This document shows, in pieces, positions 1-9,881 of a stretch of DNA of 64,000 bases. This DNA is from Candidatus Hydrogenedentota bacterium (GTDB lineage: Bacteria > Hydrogenedentota > Hydrogenedentia > Hydrogenedentales > JAEUWI01), in contig JAEUWI010000022.1 of NCBI GenBank assembly GCA_016791475.1, forward strand, positions 9,658-73,657, written 5' to 3'. The notes beneath the pieces were generated by a model that had not been told where the DNA came from, searched no databases, and saw only the letters and a list, made by a program, of their open reading frames with translations. The position numbers and the translations under genes were made by a program. Positions within the stretch are counted from its first letter, which is position 1. Every line of letters begins with the position of its first letter.

Positions 1-164
1 GCGCTCCCAAACTCGGCGGGAAACACGGGCCGGGTCGCCCCGCCCGCACGCGAGACCTGAGCAGAAGCGATCACCTTCCAGGTTCGTCGCGAACACCTTT
101 GCCCCACATGAACAGATATGCCTTAATGAACACTTTATGCTCAATCAGTGCGATGTGACCGGCT

Positions 165-1424
165 TCAGGACTTTCTCTGAAGTATTTCGCTCAAGTCCAG
201 CAGGTGCACCTGGCGCTTACCGTCCAGGTACATCGCGTCGATGGTTATCTTCCTGCCGTCGCGGCTCCAGCGGGGATGGAGGTCGCAGCGCCATTCGTCG
301 TCGGTGGGTTTGGGCCGATAGATCCGGGCCAGTTCAATCAGCCTCTTCTCCGCAATGTTGTAGAGCAGCAACTGGTGCATGTTGTAACTGTCGGGATAGG
401 TGTCGGTGAGGATCCACTTGCGATCCGGCGAGTAGGTGCAGTGGCCATCACGGGAGAACGCCTCCGCACCCACCACTTCCACCGCTTCACTCTGATCGGT
501 ATAGAGGTGATAGGCCTTGCCCGTCTCGGGCTCTTCCGACCAGGCCATCAGATGCTTCGGGTCGCGCCAGATAAAGTGACTGACAATGCCGCTGTCGGCC
601 ACGATGTGCGGGGCTCCGCCATCCGCGCTTGCGGTGAACATGCGCGTGGCCCAGGGCTTCTTCACGCCCGGTGCGACGTGGGCGCGGTTGAGGAATATGA
701 ATCGGGTGCCGTCGGTGTTAAACAGGAGGTGGTTAAACCAATACTTCCCCTGGGGCGCGGCGGGCCATGGAATCGCCTTCATGTCGGCGTAGGAAAAGAG
801 TAGGCTGGACTCGCCCGTGGCGATGTCCACACGCCAGATGCCGTCGCCGTCGGGGGCGATCTCCTCCGCGCCGGGGTCGGAGCCGCCCCGGTAACCGTAG
901 CCGGGACGACAGTCCTGAAGCCGCGCGAAGTTGATGCTCAACCCGGTCTTCCCGTCGGGGCTGAGGGTATAAATTGCGCGGGGCAGTTTTCGCTCTTCGC
1001 CGGTTACAACGTCTTTCAGCACGGCGATGTGCCGGCCCTCCTCGCGGATGTTATAAAGGATGGTGGCACTGGTCTCGGGCACCCATTGGAGCATGCATCC
1101 CTGCTGCCATCCCCACGCCGTGCTTTCGCCTAGAGGGATCCAGGTGTCGCCCTCCTGCGTGTCCACCATCCCGAGTCGGATGACGTCGTCCGCCGCAGGC
1201 GAGCGGTCTTCGAAGTCTACTTCCGCCGCCAGAACGAAGCGATCCGTGGGGTCGAAAGCTTCCTTGTCGTAGTAGCCGAACCAGTGGGCTTTTCCGCTGG
1301 TGATGGCGCGGATGGGCACAACGCACTTGATCTTCTCCCCGGTATCCGGGAGTTGGGCATCGGCGGCGGGGCCGAAGGCCAGAGAAGCGAGGATCGCAAC
1401 AACAAACAAGAAGCGCAAGATCAT
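165..1424 (-). CDS. secreted beta-propeller protein (TolB-like; possibly PL22 oligogalacturonide-lyase-like)
   Basis: ORF 165..1553 trimmed to in-frame ATG 1424, which opens a Sec-type signal peptide (MILRFLFVVAILASLAFGPAADA). Propeller-style repeats are present (TLSPDGK, YSPDRKW, HPRWSRDGRK). The function call is by eye only. Confidence 0.55.
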   Translation of the reverse strand: MILRFLFVVAILASLAFGPAADAQLPDTGEKIKCVVPIRAITSGKAHWFGYYDKEAFDPTDRFVLAAEVDFEDRSPAADDVIRLGMVDTQEGDTWIPLGESTAWGWQQGCMLQWVPETSATILYNIREEGRHIAVLKDVVTGEERKLPRAIYTLSPDGKTGLSINFARLQDCRPGYGYRGGSDPGAEEIAPDGDGIWRVDIATGESSLLFSYADMKAIPWPAAPQGKYWFNHLLFNTDGTRFIFLNRAHVAPGVKKPWATRMFTASADGGAPHIVADSGIVSHFIWRDPKHLMAWSEEPETGKAYHLYTDQSEAVEVVGAEAFSRDGHCTYSPDRKWILTDTYPDSYNMHQLLLYNIAEKRLIELARIYRPKPTDDEWRCDLHPRWSRDGRKITIDAMYLDGKRQVHLLDLSEILQRKS

Positions 1425-1545
1425 ACAAAAACCCTCCACATGGCGCATGCCCAACCGAGATCCCGTAAATCCTCTAATGTTGGATATATAGGACCATATT
1501 CCACAACCAGAACCGGCACCGTCCGGTGTTTTTTCATATTGCACA

Positions 1546-1575
1546 CTTGTCAATAAACGACAAGATGCTTACAAT
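1546..1575 (+). promoter_or_regulatory. sigma70-type promoter TTGTCA-17-TACAAT with palindrome CTTGTC-N7-GACAAG over the -35
   Basis: TTGTCA at 1547-1552, a 17-nt spacer, then TACAAT at 1570-1575. The inverted repeat is 1546-1551/1559-1564. It lies about 120 nt upstream of ATG 1694. Confidence 0.4.
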
Positions 1576-1693
1576 AGAATTTCCACGGCGCAACTTCAGC
1601 GGTTTGCGCCTGGTCCAACTACGCTATACAACTTTACGCGCGCATTGCCACTCGCTGACCAGCCGCGCCCCCGCCCCAAGAAAGGTTTCCCCT

Positions 1694-3475
1694 ATGTATC
1701 GCAGGCTCCACCTCTTTTTCTCCATGATGATTGCAGGCCTTGCCACGGCCCAGGTGGGTACCCACCCGACGGTTCACGATGTGGCCGCCGGGGTGACGCA
1801 GCGACTCCAGGAGTCGCTCCCGGCGGAGCAACTGCTCAAGGTCTCGGTGGAGCAGGTGATGCCTTTCATAACGGAAGAGGACTGGAAGGTACTGGGTGAG
1901 AAGCACCTGTCCTTCCGCATCAACGTGCCGGCGACGGTCTACGTCTTCCGCGATTCGGAAGACCCCAACGTGGTGCATTGGCTCCCGGCGCGCGGCTTCG
2001 TAAACTCGGGGCTTTCGGTGAACACCGACAGTCAGGCTTTTGACGGGTGGTCGAAAGATTTTGAAGCCGGTGTGGTGGGTCTGGGCGTACCCTCCATCGA
2101 CGGCGACGCCGAGCACTACTTTGTGGTCGTCGCTCCGAAACAGAAAGAAGACGCCCTGAAAGTTACCGAAGTTACACCGGCGACCCACACGGCGGGCACG
2201 CTCGTCGCAGGCGAGCGCATCGGCGTCAGTTGGAATGACACAAAGGTCACCGAGGCGCCCGAAGCGCTGCGGGGAGCGCTGCTGCTGCGGGGCGATCCGA
2301 ACAAGCGACGCTCGGCCCGGCTCACCCAGATCTTCCAGACCACGGAATACCCCGCCACGCCCACGCCCGACCACGTGGTGTTGACCTGGGGCGACGATCC
2401 CACATGTACCCAGTCGATCCAGTGGCGCACAAGCACGGCCACCGAGAAGGGCCTGGTCCGCTATCGCACACAGGGGACGGAGCCCTGGGCGGAGCAGCAG
2501 GCCAAGACCCTGCGCCTGGAGAACCACAACACGGTGAACGATCCCCTTTCCAACTGGCATACCGTGTGCCTCAGCGGGCTCAAACCGGGCACCAAGTATG
2601 AGTATCAGGTGGGCACGGGAACGGAAGACGGCTGGATTGCGCCGGCGATGTTTGAGACTGCACCGGACAAGGCGGAGCCTTTTTCCTTCATATATCTTGG
2701 CGACGCGCAGGCGGGCTTCGACGAATGGGGCGAGTTGCTGCACCAGTGTTACCGGGAAAACCCCGAAGCGGCCTTTTATGTGATGGCGGGCGACCTCGTA
2801 AATCGCGGCAACGAACGGGCGGACTGGGATCGCCTCTTCCATAACGCCGAGGGAGTTTTTGACCACCGCCCGCTCGTACCCAGCATCGGCAATCACGAGG
2901 TCCAGGGCGACAAGGGTCCCTGGATGTATCTGGAATTGCTCGACCTGCCGAAGAATGGCCCGAAGGGAGTTACACCCGAGCGCGCCTACAGCTTCACCTA
3001 CGGCAATGTGCTCGTGATTTCGCTGGACGCGAATGTGGAGCCCGCCGAGCAAACGGAATGGCTGGAGAGCGAACTGAAAAATACGAAGGCGACGTGGAAA
3101 TTCGTGACCTACCACCAGCCCGCCTATTCCTCCGGCGCCAACCGCGACAATCCCGAGGTGCGCGAGCTCTGGGGCGCGCTCTTTGACAAGTATCACGTAG
3201 ACCTGGCGCTCCAGGGCCACGACCACGCCTATCTCCGCACCTGGCCCATGTACAACCAGAAACGGGTGGCCACGGCGGCGGAAGGAACGATCTACATCGT
3301 ATCGACATCGGGCACGAAGTACTACGATCAGGGCCAGTTCGACTACACCGAGGTGGGCTTCACAAATACCAATACCTACCAGGTGCTGGACATTAAAATC
3401 GATGGCGATACGTTGACCTACAAGGCCCATGGGGCGGACGGCAAGGTACTGGACCAGTTTGTCATCGAAAAGTGA
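1694..3475 (+). CDS. secreted metallophosphoesterase, purple-acid-phosphatase-like (unknown N-domain + FN3-like + calcineurin-like phosphoesterase)
   Basis: ORF 1526..3475 trimmed to ATG 1694 (signal MYRRLHLFFSMMIAGLATAQV). Metallophos motifs seen: YLGDAQ, AGDLVNRGNE, GNHE, VTYHQPAYSS, GHDHAY. Confidence 0.8.
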   Translation: MYRRLHLFFSMMIAGLATAQVGTHPTVHDVAAGVTQRLQESLPAEQLLKVSVEQVMPFITEEDWKVLGEKHLSFRINVPATVYVFRDSEDPNVVHWLPARGFVNSGLSVNTDSQAFDGWSKDFEAGVVGLGVPSIDGDAEHYFVVVAPKQKEDALKVTEVTPATHTAGTLVAGERIGVSWNDTKVTEAPEALRGALLLRGDPNKRRSARLTQIFQTTEYPATPTPDHVVLTWGDDPTCTQSIQWRTSTATEKGLVRYRTQGTEPWAEQQAKTLRLENHNTVNDPLSNWHTVCLSGLKPGTKYEYQVGTGTEDGWIAPAMFETAPDKAEPFSFIYLGDAQAGFDEWGELLHQCYRENPEAAFYVMAGDLVNRGNERADWDRLFHNAEGVFDHRPLVPSIGNHEVQGDKGPWMYLELLDLPKNGPKGVTPERAYSFTYGNVLVISLDANVEPAEQTEWLESELKNTKATWKFVTYHQPAYSSGANRDNPEVRELWGALFDKYHVDLALQGHDHAYLRTWPMYNQKRVATAAEGTIYIVSTSGTKYYDQGQFDYTEVGFTNTNTYQVLDIKIDGDTLTYKAHGADGKVLDQFVIEK

Positions 3476-3516
3476 GCATGGGTAACGGTACCGGCCTCGG
3501 CTAATGTGGAAGCGAG

Positions 3517-3545
3517 TTGTAACGGGAAGTTGCGACGCTTACAAT
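3517..3545 (+). promoter_or_regulatory. sigma70-type promoter TTGTAA-17-TACAAT
   Basis: TTGTAA at 3517-3522, a 17-nt spacer, then TACAAT at 3540-3545. It shares GCTTACAATA with the promoter at 1568-1577. The -35 and -10 are inverted copies of each other. Confidence 0.4.
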
Positions 3546-3621
3546 AAACTAACACGCGGGAAGCATGCTTAACAACCTGCCCGCCCAGCGCTGTGTTCTT
3601 GATCATGAAAGGAATTCATTC

Positions 3622-5421
3622 ATGCGACGTTTAACGATCCTGGCCAGTCTACTTCTTGTGGCGGGCCTGGCCCAGGCCCACGTGGGCAATCATCCCTCGG
3701 TACACGATACCGTGGCCGCCATTATCGAGCGCTTCGCCCGGACCTTTCCCGCCGAGGAACTGAAAGGCTTCACGGTCGAGAAGGTGCTGGCCGCGCTCAC
3801 GGAGCAGGAGCGGGAGATTCTCGGTCAGGAGCACCTCATCTTTCGCGTCAACGTCCCCGTGACGGTATATGTACTCCGTGCGGAAGATATGAAGGAGGAG
3901 GTATTCTGGCTAGCGGAGCGCGGCTTCGAGAAGACCGCCTTGACCGTCGTCACCAACGAAGGTCCCTTTGTCGCCTGGAGCAAGGCCTTTCCTGCGGGCG
4001 AGGTCGGACTGGGGGTGAATTCCCTCAGCGGCGACGGCGACCACTACTTCGTGGCGATTGTGCCTCAGACACCCGGCGAGAAGGTCGAGCTGAGCGAGAT
4101 CTACCCCGGCCAGCATACGGTGGGCGCAATGAACGCCGGCGAGCGCATTTACTCAAGCTGGGACACGACGGTGCTCAAGGAAGTGCCCGAGGCGTTGGCG
4201 GGCCAGGTGATGCTGCGGGGCAATGAAAACGCCCGGCGCGCCGCACGACTCACCAGTGTCTACCAGGTTACAAAGTATCCCGCCACGGCGGCTCCCGATC
4301 AGGTGACCCTGACCTGGGCGAGCGATCCGAAGACGACCCAGGCCGTCCAGTGGCGCACGAGTACGGAAGTGGCGCAGGGCGCGGTGCGCTACCGCATCAA
4401 GAAGACAGCGGGCGCGGAACTGGCCGACAAGTGGATTACGGTGGCGGCCCAGACGAAGGCCCTGGTGAACCACAATACGATAAACGACCCTGCGGTGCAT
4501 CGCCACTCGGTCAATCTAATCGGCCTGGAGCCCGCGACGACCTATGAATACGAGGTGGGCGACGGAAGCATCACAGGCTGGACGACGCCCTTCGAGTTCA
4601 CCACCGCGCCCGAGAAGATCACGCCCTTCAAATTCATTTACATGGGCGACGCGCAGAACGGTCTGGACGCCTGGGGAAAACTGATTCACAATGCCTATTC
4701 AGAAGAGCCCGAAGCCGCCTTCTACATCATGGCGGGCGATCTGGTGAACCGGGGCAACGAACGGGACGACTGGGACGACTTCTTTCACAACGCCACGGGC
4801 GTCTTCGACCACCGCCAGTTGGTGCCCTGCATCGGCAATCATGAGAATCAGGGTGACCTCGGGCCGCGGATGTATCTGGAGCTCTTCGACCTCCCGAAGA
4901 ATGGCCCGGCAAACATTGCGCCCGAGCACGCCTACAGCTTCACCTACAGCAACGCCTTGTTCGTCGTGCTCGATTCCAACCTGCTTCCCGCCGATCAGGT
5001 GGAGTGGCTCGACGCGGAACTGGCGGCCTCCGACGCCACGTGGAAGTTTGTGGTGTATCACCACCCGGCCTATTCTTCCGGGGCGAGCCGGGACAATCCC
5101 GATGTGCGCAATATCTGGACGCCGATCTTCGACAAGTATCATGTCGATCTCGCCCTGCAGGGCCACGACCACGCCTATTTGCGCACCTGGCCCATGAAGG
5201 GCGATCAGAAAGTGGGGTCGGCAGCCGAGGGCACCATTTATATCGTTTCCGTGTCGGGCACCAAGTTCTACGAACAGGGCCAGTTCGACTACACCGAATT
5301 CGGCATGACCAATGTGGCCACGTACCAAGTGCTCGACCTTCGCATCGACGGCAACAAGCTGACCTACAAGTCCTATGACATCGAGGGCAAGGTACGGGAC
5401 GAGTTTGTGATCGAGAAGTAG
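3622..5421 (+). CDS. secreted metallophosphoesterase, tandem paralog of 1694..3475
   Basis: ORF 3565..5421 trimmed to ATG 3622 (signal MRRLTILASLLLVAGLAQA, AAGGA 9 nt upstream). Long identical runs with the upstream gene include FDKYHVDLALQGHDHAYLRTWPM, AAEGTIYIVS, QGQFDYTE and DLVNRGNER. Confidence 0.8.
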   Translation: MRRLTILASLLLVAGLAQAHVGNHPSVHDTVAAIIERFARTFPAEELKGFTVEKVLAALTEQEREILGQEHLIFRVNVPVTVYVLRAEDMKEEVFWLAERGFEKTALTVVTNEGPFVAWSKAFPAGEVGLGVNSLSGDGDHYFVAIVPQTPGEKVELSEIYPGQHTVGAMNAGERIYSSWDTTVLKEVPEALAGQVMLRGNENARRAARLTSVYQVTKYPATAAPDQVTLTWASDPKTTQAVQWRTSTEVAQGAVRYRIKKTAGAELADKWITVAAQTKALVNHNTINDPAVHRHSVNLIGLEPATTYEYEVGDGSITGWTTPFEFTTAPEKITPFKFIYMGDAQNGLDAWGKLIHNAYSEEPEAAFYIMAGDLVNRGNERDDWDDFFHNATGVFDHRQLVPCIGNHENQGDLGPRMYLELFDLPKNGPANIAPEHAYSFTYSNALFVVLDSNLLPADQVEWLDAELAASDATWKFVVYHHPAYSSGASRDNPDVRNIWTPIFDKYHVDLALQGHDHAYLRTWPMKGDQKVGSAAEGTIYIVSVSGTKFYEQGQFDYTEFGMTNVATYQVLDLRIDGNKLTYKSYDIEGKVRDEFVIEK

Positions 5422-5448
5422 AGCGAAGATGCAGAATTGGTGATTCAA

Positions 5449-5482
5449 GGGCGCAACCTGGCTGTTGCGCCCTTGTTGTTTT
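5449..5482 (+). terminator. rho-independent terminator
   Basis: Stem GGGCGCAAC (5449-5457), loop CTGGCT, stem GTTGCGCCC (5464-5472), then TTGTTGTTTT. It begins 28 nt after the stop at 5421. Confidence 0.7.
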
Positions 5483-5768
5483 ATGACACTCCTGCAGTTC
5501 GCCCCCATCAGCCCATGCCCCCCGCCACTCACTCTCCCGATGTGCGTGGGAATCCAAGTCGCTCCACGTCGAGTTTCAACATCCCCTGGAACACGCCGCC
5601 GCACCCACGGGTGCTTCTGTCTGTCGGAGTCGCTGAATGATCTCGCAGCAGCCTGCGTCTTTTGCGGGGCCCTTGCGGCGGTAGGTCCCCCAGCTTAACT
5701 CTACCCCTCGCCACGTGTTATGCTTGTGCCCGGTTGCGTATCGTGCGGAATACTTGGAGTTTGCCCCC

Positions 5769-7766
5769 ATGCCCCGAATTCTTTGCCTGTTGCTCGTTGC
5801 CTTTGCCTGCACTGCTGCGGTTCACGCCGCGCCCCTGGCCTTTCAGGTGCATCCCGCGGGCGCTGAAGGCGCCTTGAAAACTTTGGAGGAGGCGCGCGAC
5901 GCTATTCGCGCCGCGAAGGCCGCCGGCACCTTGACCGAGGGGGCGGAGGTTCACATCCAGGGCGGAGACTATGTGCGTCAGGCCCCCTTCACGCTCAGCG
6001 AAGAGGATTCCGGCACGGCAACCGCCCCCATTCGCTACATCGCCGATCCGAAGGCCCCTGCGCGGCTGCTGGCGGGCCGAATCATCCAGGGTTTTGTCCC
6101 CGTAACCGATCCCGCCATTCTGGGGCGCATCGACGAGGCCGTGCGCCCAAATGTGTTACAGCTTGACCTCAAGGCCCTCGGCGTGACGGACTTTGGCTCG
6201 CCCGCGAGCGGCGGTCTGGAGCTATTCTTCAATGGCAAGCGCATGATGCTCTCGCGCTGGCCCAACGAGGGCTTCACCCACATTGCCGATCTTGTCGTGC
6301 AGGACGGACACCAGATCCACGGCGCACCGGGCAGTCTGGTGGGCCAGTTCAAGTATGAGGGCGACCGGCCCGGCCGCTGGATCGGCGAGAAAGACGCCTG
6401 GCTCCACGGCTACTGGTTCTGGGATTGGGCCGAGCAGCGCCACCAGATTGCCTCGATCGACACCGCGACGACTACCATTACCGTGAAGGAGCCCTACCAC
6501 GGATACGGCTACCGCAAGGGTCAGTGGTTCTACGCCTTCAACGTGCTCTCCGAGCTGGATTCCCCCGGTGAGTGGTATCTCGATCGCGACACCGGCCTGC
6601 TGTATTTCTGGCCGCCTTCCGATCCCGCCAAAGCCGAGGTCATGGTTTCCGTACTTCCGAACCTCGTCGCGATGGACAAGGTTTCCCACGTTACGATGCA
6701 GGGTCTGGTGCTGGAAGGCGCGCGGGACACGGTCATCACCGTCCGCGATGGCGAGAGCGTGCGGCTGAACGCGCTGACCATTCGCAACAGCGGCGGCAAT
6801 GCCATCTCGGCGGGCGGCGGCAAGGACCACGGCATCCAGGCCTGCGAGATTTATGGCATGGGCGGCGCGGGCATCAGTATCGACGGCGGTGACCGGACGA
6901 CCCTCACCCCGGCGGGCCACTTCGCGGTGAATAACCACATCCACCACTACGCCGAGATAAACCGCGTCTACCATGCGGGCATTCACGTCCAGGGCGTGGG
7001 CAATCGCGTGGCGAACAACTACATCCACGACGCGCCCCACATGGCCATCGGCTTCGGCGGCAACGATCACATCATCGAGCTGAACGAGATTCACGACGTG
7101 TGCCTGGAGTCCAACGACGCGGGCGCGCTCTACACCGGCCGCAACTGGACCATGCGCGGCCATGTCATCCGGTACAATCACCTCTATGACATAACAGGTT
7201 ATCTGGGCAAGGGTTCGGTCGGCGTCTACCTCGACGACATGTTCTCTTCCGCCGACATTTATGGCAATCTTTTCCGCAACGTGACCCACGCGGCCTTCAT
7301 CGGCGGCGGGCGCGACTGCACCGTGGAGAACAACATCTTCATCGACTGCAAAATGGGTCTGCACATCGACTCCCGCGCGCTGGGCTGGGCCCACCAGCAC
7401 GCCGACGACTGGATCACGGAAGCCAACGAGAAAGGCACCATCCAGGGCATCGCCTGGAACAAGCCTCCGTACTCCGAGCGCTACCCGAAGCTGGTAAATA
7501 TTCTGGAGAACAATCCCAAGGCGCCGGTCGGCAATGTGGTCGCACGAAATATATTCGTGGGCGAAGGCTGGAAACATGTAGACGAGCAGGCCGAGCCCCT
7601 CGTGACCTACGTGGACAATTTGTCCGATACCGACCCGATGTTTGTGGACGCGGCCAAAGGCGACTATCGCCTGAAGCCGGAGTCGCCCGCGATTGCCCTG
7701 GGTTTCAAAGAGATCCCCTTCGATAAAATCGGACTCTACCTGGATGAACTTCGGACGGAGAAATGA
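5769..7766 (+). CDS. secreted right-handed parallel beta-helix repeat protein (pectate-lyase fold)
   Basis: ORF 5715..7766 trimmed to ATG 5769 (signal MPRILCLLLVAFACTAAVHAAP). PbH1-like repeats recur (NNHIHHY, ANNYIHD, ELNEIHD, RYNHLYD, ENNIFID). Confidence 0.7.
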   Translation: MPRILCLLLVAFACTAAVHAAPLAFQVHPAGAEGALKTLEEARDAIRAAKAAGTLTEGAEVHIQGGDYVRQAPFTLSEEDSGTATAPIRYIADPKAPARLLAGRIIQGFVPVTDPAILGRIDEAVRPNVLQLDLKALGVTDFGSPASGGLELFFNGKRMMLSRWPNEGFTHIADLVVQDGHQIHGAPGSLVGQFKYEGDRPGRWIGEKDAWLHGYWFWDWAEQRHQIASIDTATTTITVKEPYHGYGYRKGQWFYAFNVLSELDSPGEWYLDRDTGLLYFWPPSDPAKAEVMVSVLPNLVAMDKVSHVTMQGLVLEGARDTVITVRDGESVRLNALTIRNSGGNAISAGGGKDHGIQACEIYGMGGAGISIDGGDRTTLTPAGHFAVNNHIHHYAEINRVYHAGIHVQGVGNRVANNYIHDAPHMAIGFGGNDHIIELNEIHDVCLESNDAGALYTGRNWTMRGHVIRYNHLYDITGYLGKGSVGVYLDDMFSSADIYGNLFRNVTHAAFIGGGRDCTVENNIFIDCKMGLHIDSRALGWAHQHADDWITEANEKGTIQGIAWNKPPYSERYPKLVNILENNPKAPVGNVVARNIFVGEGWKHVDEQAEPLVTYVDNLSDTDPMFVDAAKGDYRLKPESPAIALGFKEIPFDKIGLYLDELRTEK

Positions 7767-7768
7767 TG

Positions 7769-8021
7769 GGACTGTCCCACGCTTTCACTGAGACTGTCCA
7801 ACAAAGTGAACTCGAAAACTGCGGCTGGTCTAAACCGATTGAATCCGTTGTTGGTTGCCACAGTGACTTCTGAATAGGACTGTCCCACGCTTTTGAATTG
7901 TCCCGGAGATCAGAAAAACCTGGGACGGTCCCGCACGCGTGGCGAACGTTGTCTTCTCAGCAATTTTCAATGAGTTGCGGTGTCACCCGCCGCGGAAGCA
8001 TCGTGACGTGCAGGACGGTCC
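7769..8021. repeat. array of GGACNGTCC palindromes including an exact 17-nt duplicate
   Basis: GGACTGTCC at 7769-7777 and 7877-7885. GGACGGTCC at 7923-7931 and 8013-8021. A degenerate AGACTGTCCA lies at 7791-7800. GGACTGTCCCACGCTTT is exactly duplicated at 7769-7785 and 7877-7893. Confidence 0.85.
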
Positions 8022-8061
8022 CATTCGGGCCGCCTCGCTTTAGCAAGGACAAACGAATCCC

Positions 8062-9819
8062 ATGAAGTACTTCATCTATTTGACGGTCCTCCCACTCGTG
8101 GCCCTCACTTCTATCGCCTCCGCACAGACCTTTGCGCCAAATCCGGGGGTACCCTGGCCGGCAACGGATGCGCTGGGTCGCAGGCTGCCCACGGCGGACG
8201 AAGTGGGCCCTTCGAAACCGGATCGCTTTGTGGGCATTTTCTACTTCCTTTGGAATGGGCAGCACGACGGCAGCACAGAGGGTCCCTTTGACGTTTCCAA
8301 GATCATGGCGGCCCACCCCGACGCGTTGCAGACACCCACGTCGCCGCCCTGGGGGCCCGCGGGCCACATGCACTTCTGGAACGAACCCCTCTTTGGCTAC
8401 TACAGGAATGCAGACCCGTGGGTGCTGCGTCGCCACGCCCATCTGCTGGCCGATGCGGGCGTAGACGTGCTTATCTTCGATACGACAAATCGCGTGACGT
8501 ACAAAGACGTCTACATGAAGCTTTGCGAAGTGTTCACCGAGGTGCGGGCTGCGGGCGGACACACACCGCAGATCACCTTTATGACCAATACCGAAGCGGG
8601 CGCCACGGCGGACGAACTCTACAAGGACTTGTACGAGCCCGGCCTTTACAAAGAGCTCTGGTTTCACTGGGAGGGCAAACCCCTGCTCATTGTGGATCCG
8701 GCGGCGGCGAGCGAGACGGTGAAGGGCTTCTTTACGCTCCGCAAAGCCCACTGGCCTTTTGAAATGGTCAATACCGAACGCGCCTGGCATTGGGAAGCCA
8801 CCTATCCCCAGCCCTACGGCTTCACCGACGACCCCAACAAGCCCGAACAGGTCAATGTGTCTGTTGCGCAGAACCTGCGCGCCAGCGACGGGAAAGTGAC
8901 GGACATGAGCCGGGGCGACGCGCGGGGACGGACCTTTCACAAGGGCGCCATCGACCGCAGTCCGGACGCGATTCTCCACGGCTACAATTTCGCCGAGCAA
9001 TGGACCCGCGCGTGGGAGCTGGATCCGCCGATAGTGATGGTTACGGGCTGGAACGAATGGATCGCGGGGAGTTTCGAGCGCGAGGGGCTTCCTGTGGCCT
9101 TCGTGGATCAGTTCGACGCGGCCAATAGCCGTGACATTGAAATGATGAAGGGCGGACACGGGGACAACTACTACTATCAACTCGTGGACGGCATCCGCCG
9201 ATACAAAGGCGCGCCGGCGCTGCCCGAAGCCAGCGCGCCGGTGACGATTCCGATCACCGAAGACTTCGCGCCTTGGAACGGCGTCGAGCCCCTCTATACC
9301 GATGCCCCCGACGATACCATTGCACGGGATTACCCGGGCGTTAACAAACTGCATTACACCAATACGACGGGACGCAACGAACTGCTGAACTTCAAGGTGG
9401 CGCGGGATATGGATAACCTGTACTTCTACGCAGCGACCGGGAAGGACCTCTCCCCCACCGAAGGGCCGAACTGGATGCACCTGTTGATTGACGCGGACCA
9501 GAACCCCGCCACGGGTTGGCTGGGCTATGATTTTCTGGTGAGTGGCAATACGCTGCACCGCCACCAGTCTCCGGCGGAGGGAGCGGAATCTGCCTTCACC
9601 TGGAGGAAAGTGCAGGACATCACAAAGCATGTGGACAAGCGCGAGTTGCACCTGGCCATTCCCCGAGCGGCCCTCGGGCTGATGGCGGGCGATTCGCCGG
9701 TGCGGTTCGATTTCAAATGGGCCGACAACCTGCAGAATCCAAACGACCCCATGGATTTTTATGTCAGTGGCGATGTGGCCCCGGACGGACGTTTCAACTA
9801 TCGGTATAGTGCGAATTAG
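8062..9819 (+). CDS. secreted putative glycoside hydrolase (TIM-barrel, GH99/WbsX-like clan by eye) with C-terminal beta-sandwich
   Basis: Signal MKYFIYLTVLPLVALTSIASAQ. Motifs FVGIFYFLWNG, HFWNEPLFGYYRNADPWVLRRHAHLLADAGVDVLIFDTTN and VTGWNEW. The family assignment is tentative. Confidence 0.5.
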   Translation: MKYFIYLTVLPLVALTSIASAQTFAPNPGVPWPATDALGRRLPTADEVGPSKPDRFVGIFYFLWNGQHDGSTEGPFDVSKIMAAHPDALQTPTSPPWGPAGHMHFWNEPLFGYYRNADPWVLRRHAHLLADAGVDVLIFDTTNRVTYKDVYMKLCEVFTEVRAAGGHTPQITFMTNTEAGATADELYKDLYEPGLYKELWFHWEGKPLLIVDPAAASETVKGFFTLRKAHWPFEMVNTERAWHWEATYPQPYGFTDDPNKPEQVNVSVAQNLRASDGKVTDMSRGDARGRTFHKGAIDRSPDAILHGYNFAEQWTRAWELDPPIVMVTGWNEWIAGSFEREGLPVAFVDQFDAANSRDIEMMKGGHGDNYYYQLVDGIRRYKGAPALPEASAPVTIPITEDFAPWNGVEPLYTDAPDDTIARDYPGVNKLHYTNTTGRNELLNFKVARDMDNLYFYAATGKDLSPTEGPNWMHLLIDADQNPATGWLGYDFLVSGNTLHRHQSPAEGAESAFTWRKVQDITKHVDKRELHLAIPRAALGLMAGDSPVRFDFKWADNLQNPNDPMDFYVSGDVAPDGRFNYRYSAN

Positions 9820-9881
9820 ACTGTAGCGACGTCTCGGACGGATCAGTCGGAGCGGACCGATCTGATCTCATGGGACTTACG

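Noticed and set aside
1-164. Window edge upstream of the first gene's stop, examined for a partial gene.
   Set aside because: There is no open frame with recognisable content, and the stretch is too short to call.
1634-3430. 598-aa ORF antisense to the first metallophosphoesterase gene. Similar long antisense ORFs occur at 4699..5604, 6222..7577, 7957..9651, 10008..12050 and 12329..13522.
   Set aside because: These ORFs are typical stop-codon-poor shadow frames of GC-rich DNA. Their translations are Arg/Gly/Ala/Pro-rich with no recognisable motifs. The opposite strand carries clear family signatures, signal peptides and RBSs.
9841-9867. 10-bp bulged hairpin GATCAGTCGG/CCGATCTGATC after the hydrolase gene, considered as a terminator.
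   Set aside because: No U-tract follows it. I left it uncalled, although it might still be an RNA-processing or protein-binding palindrome.
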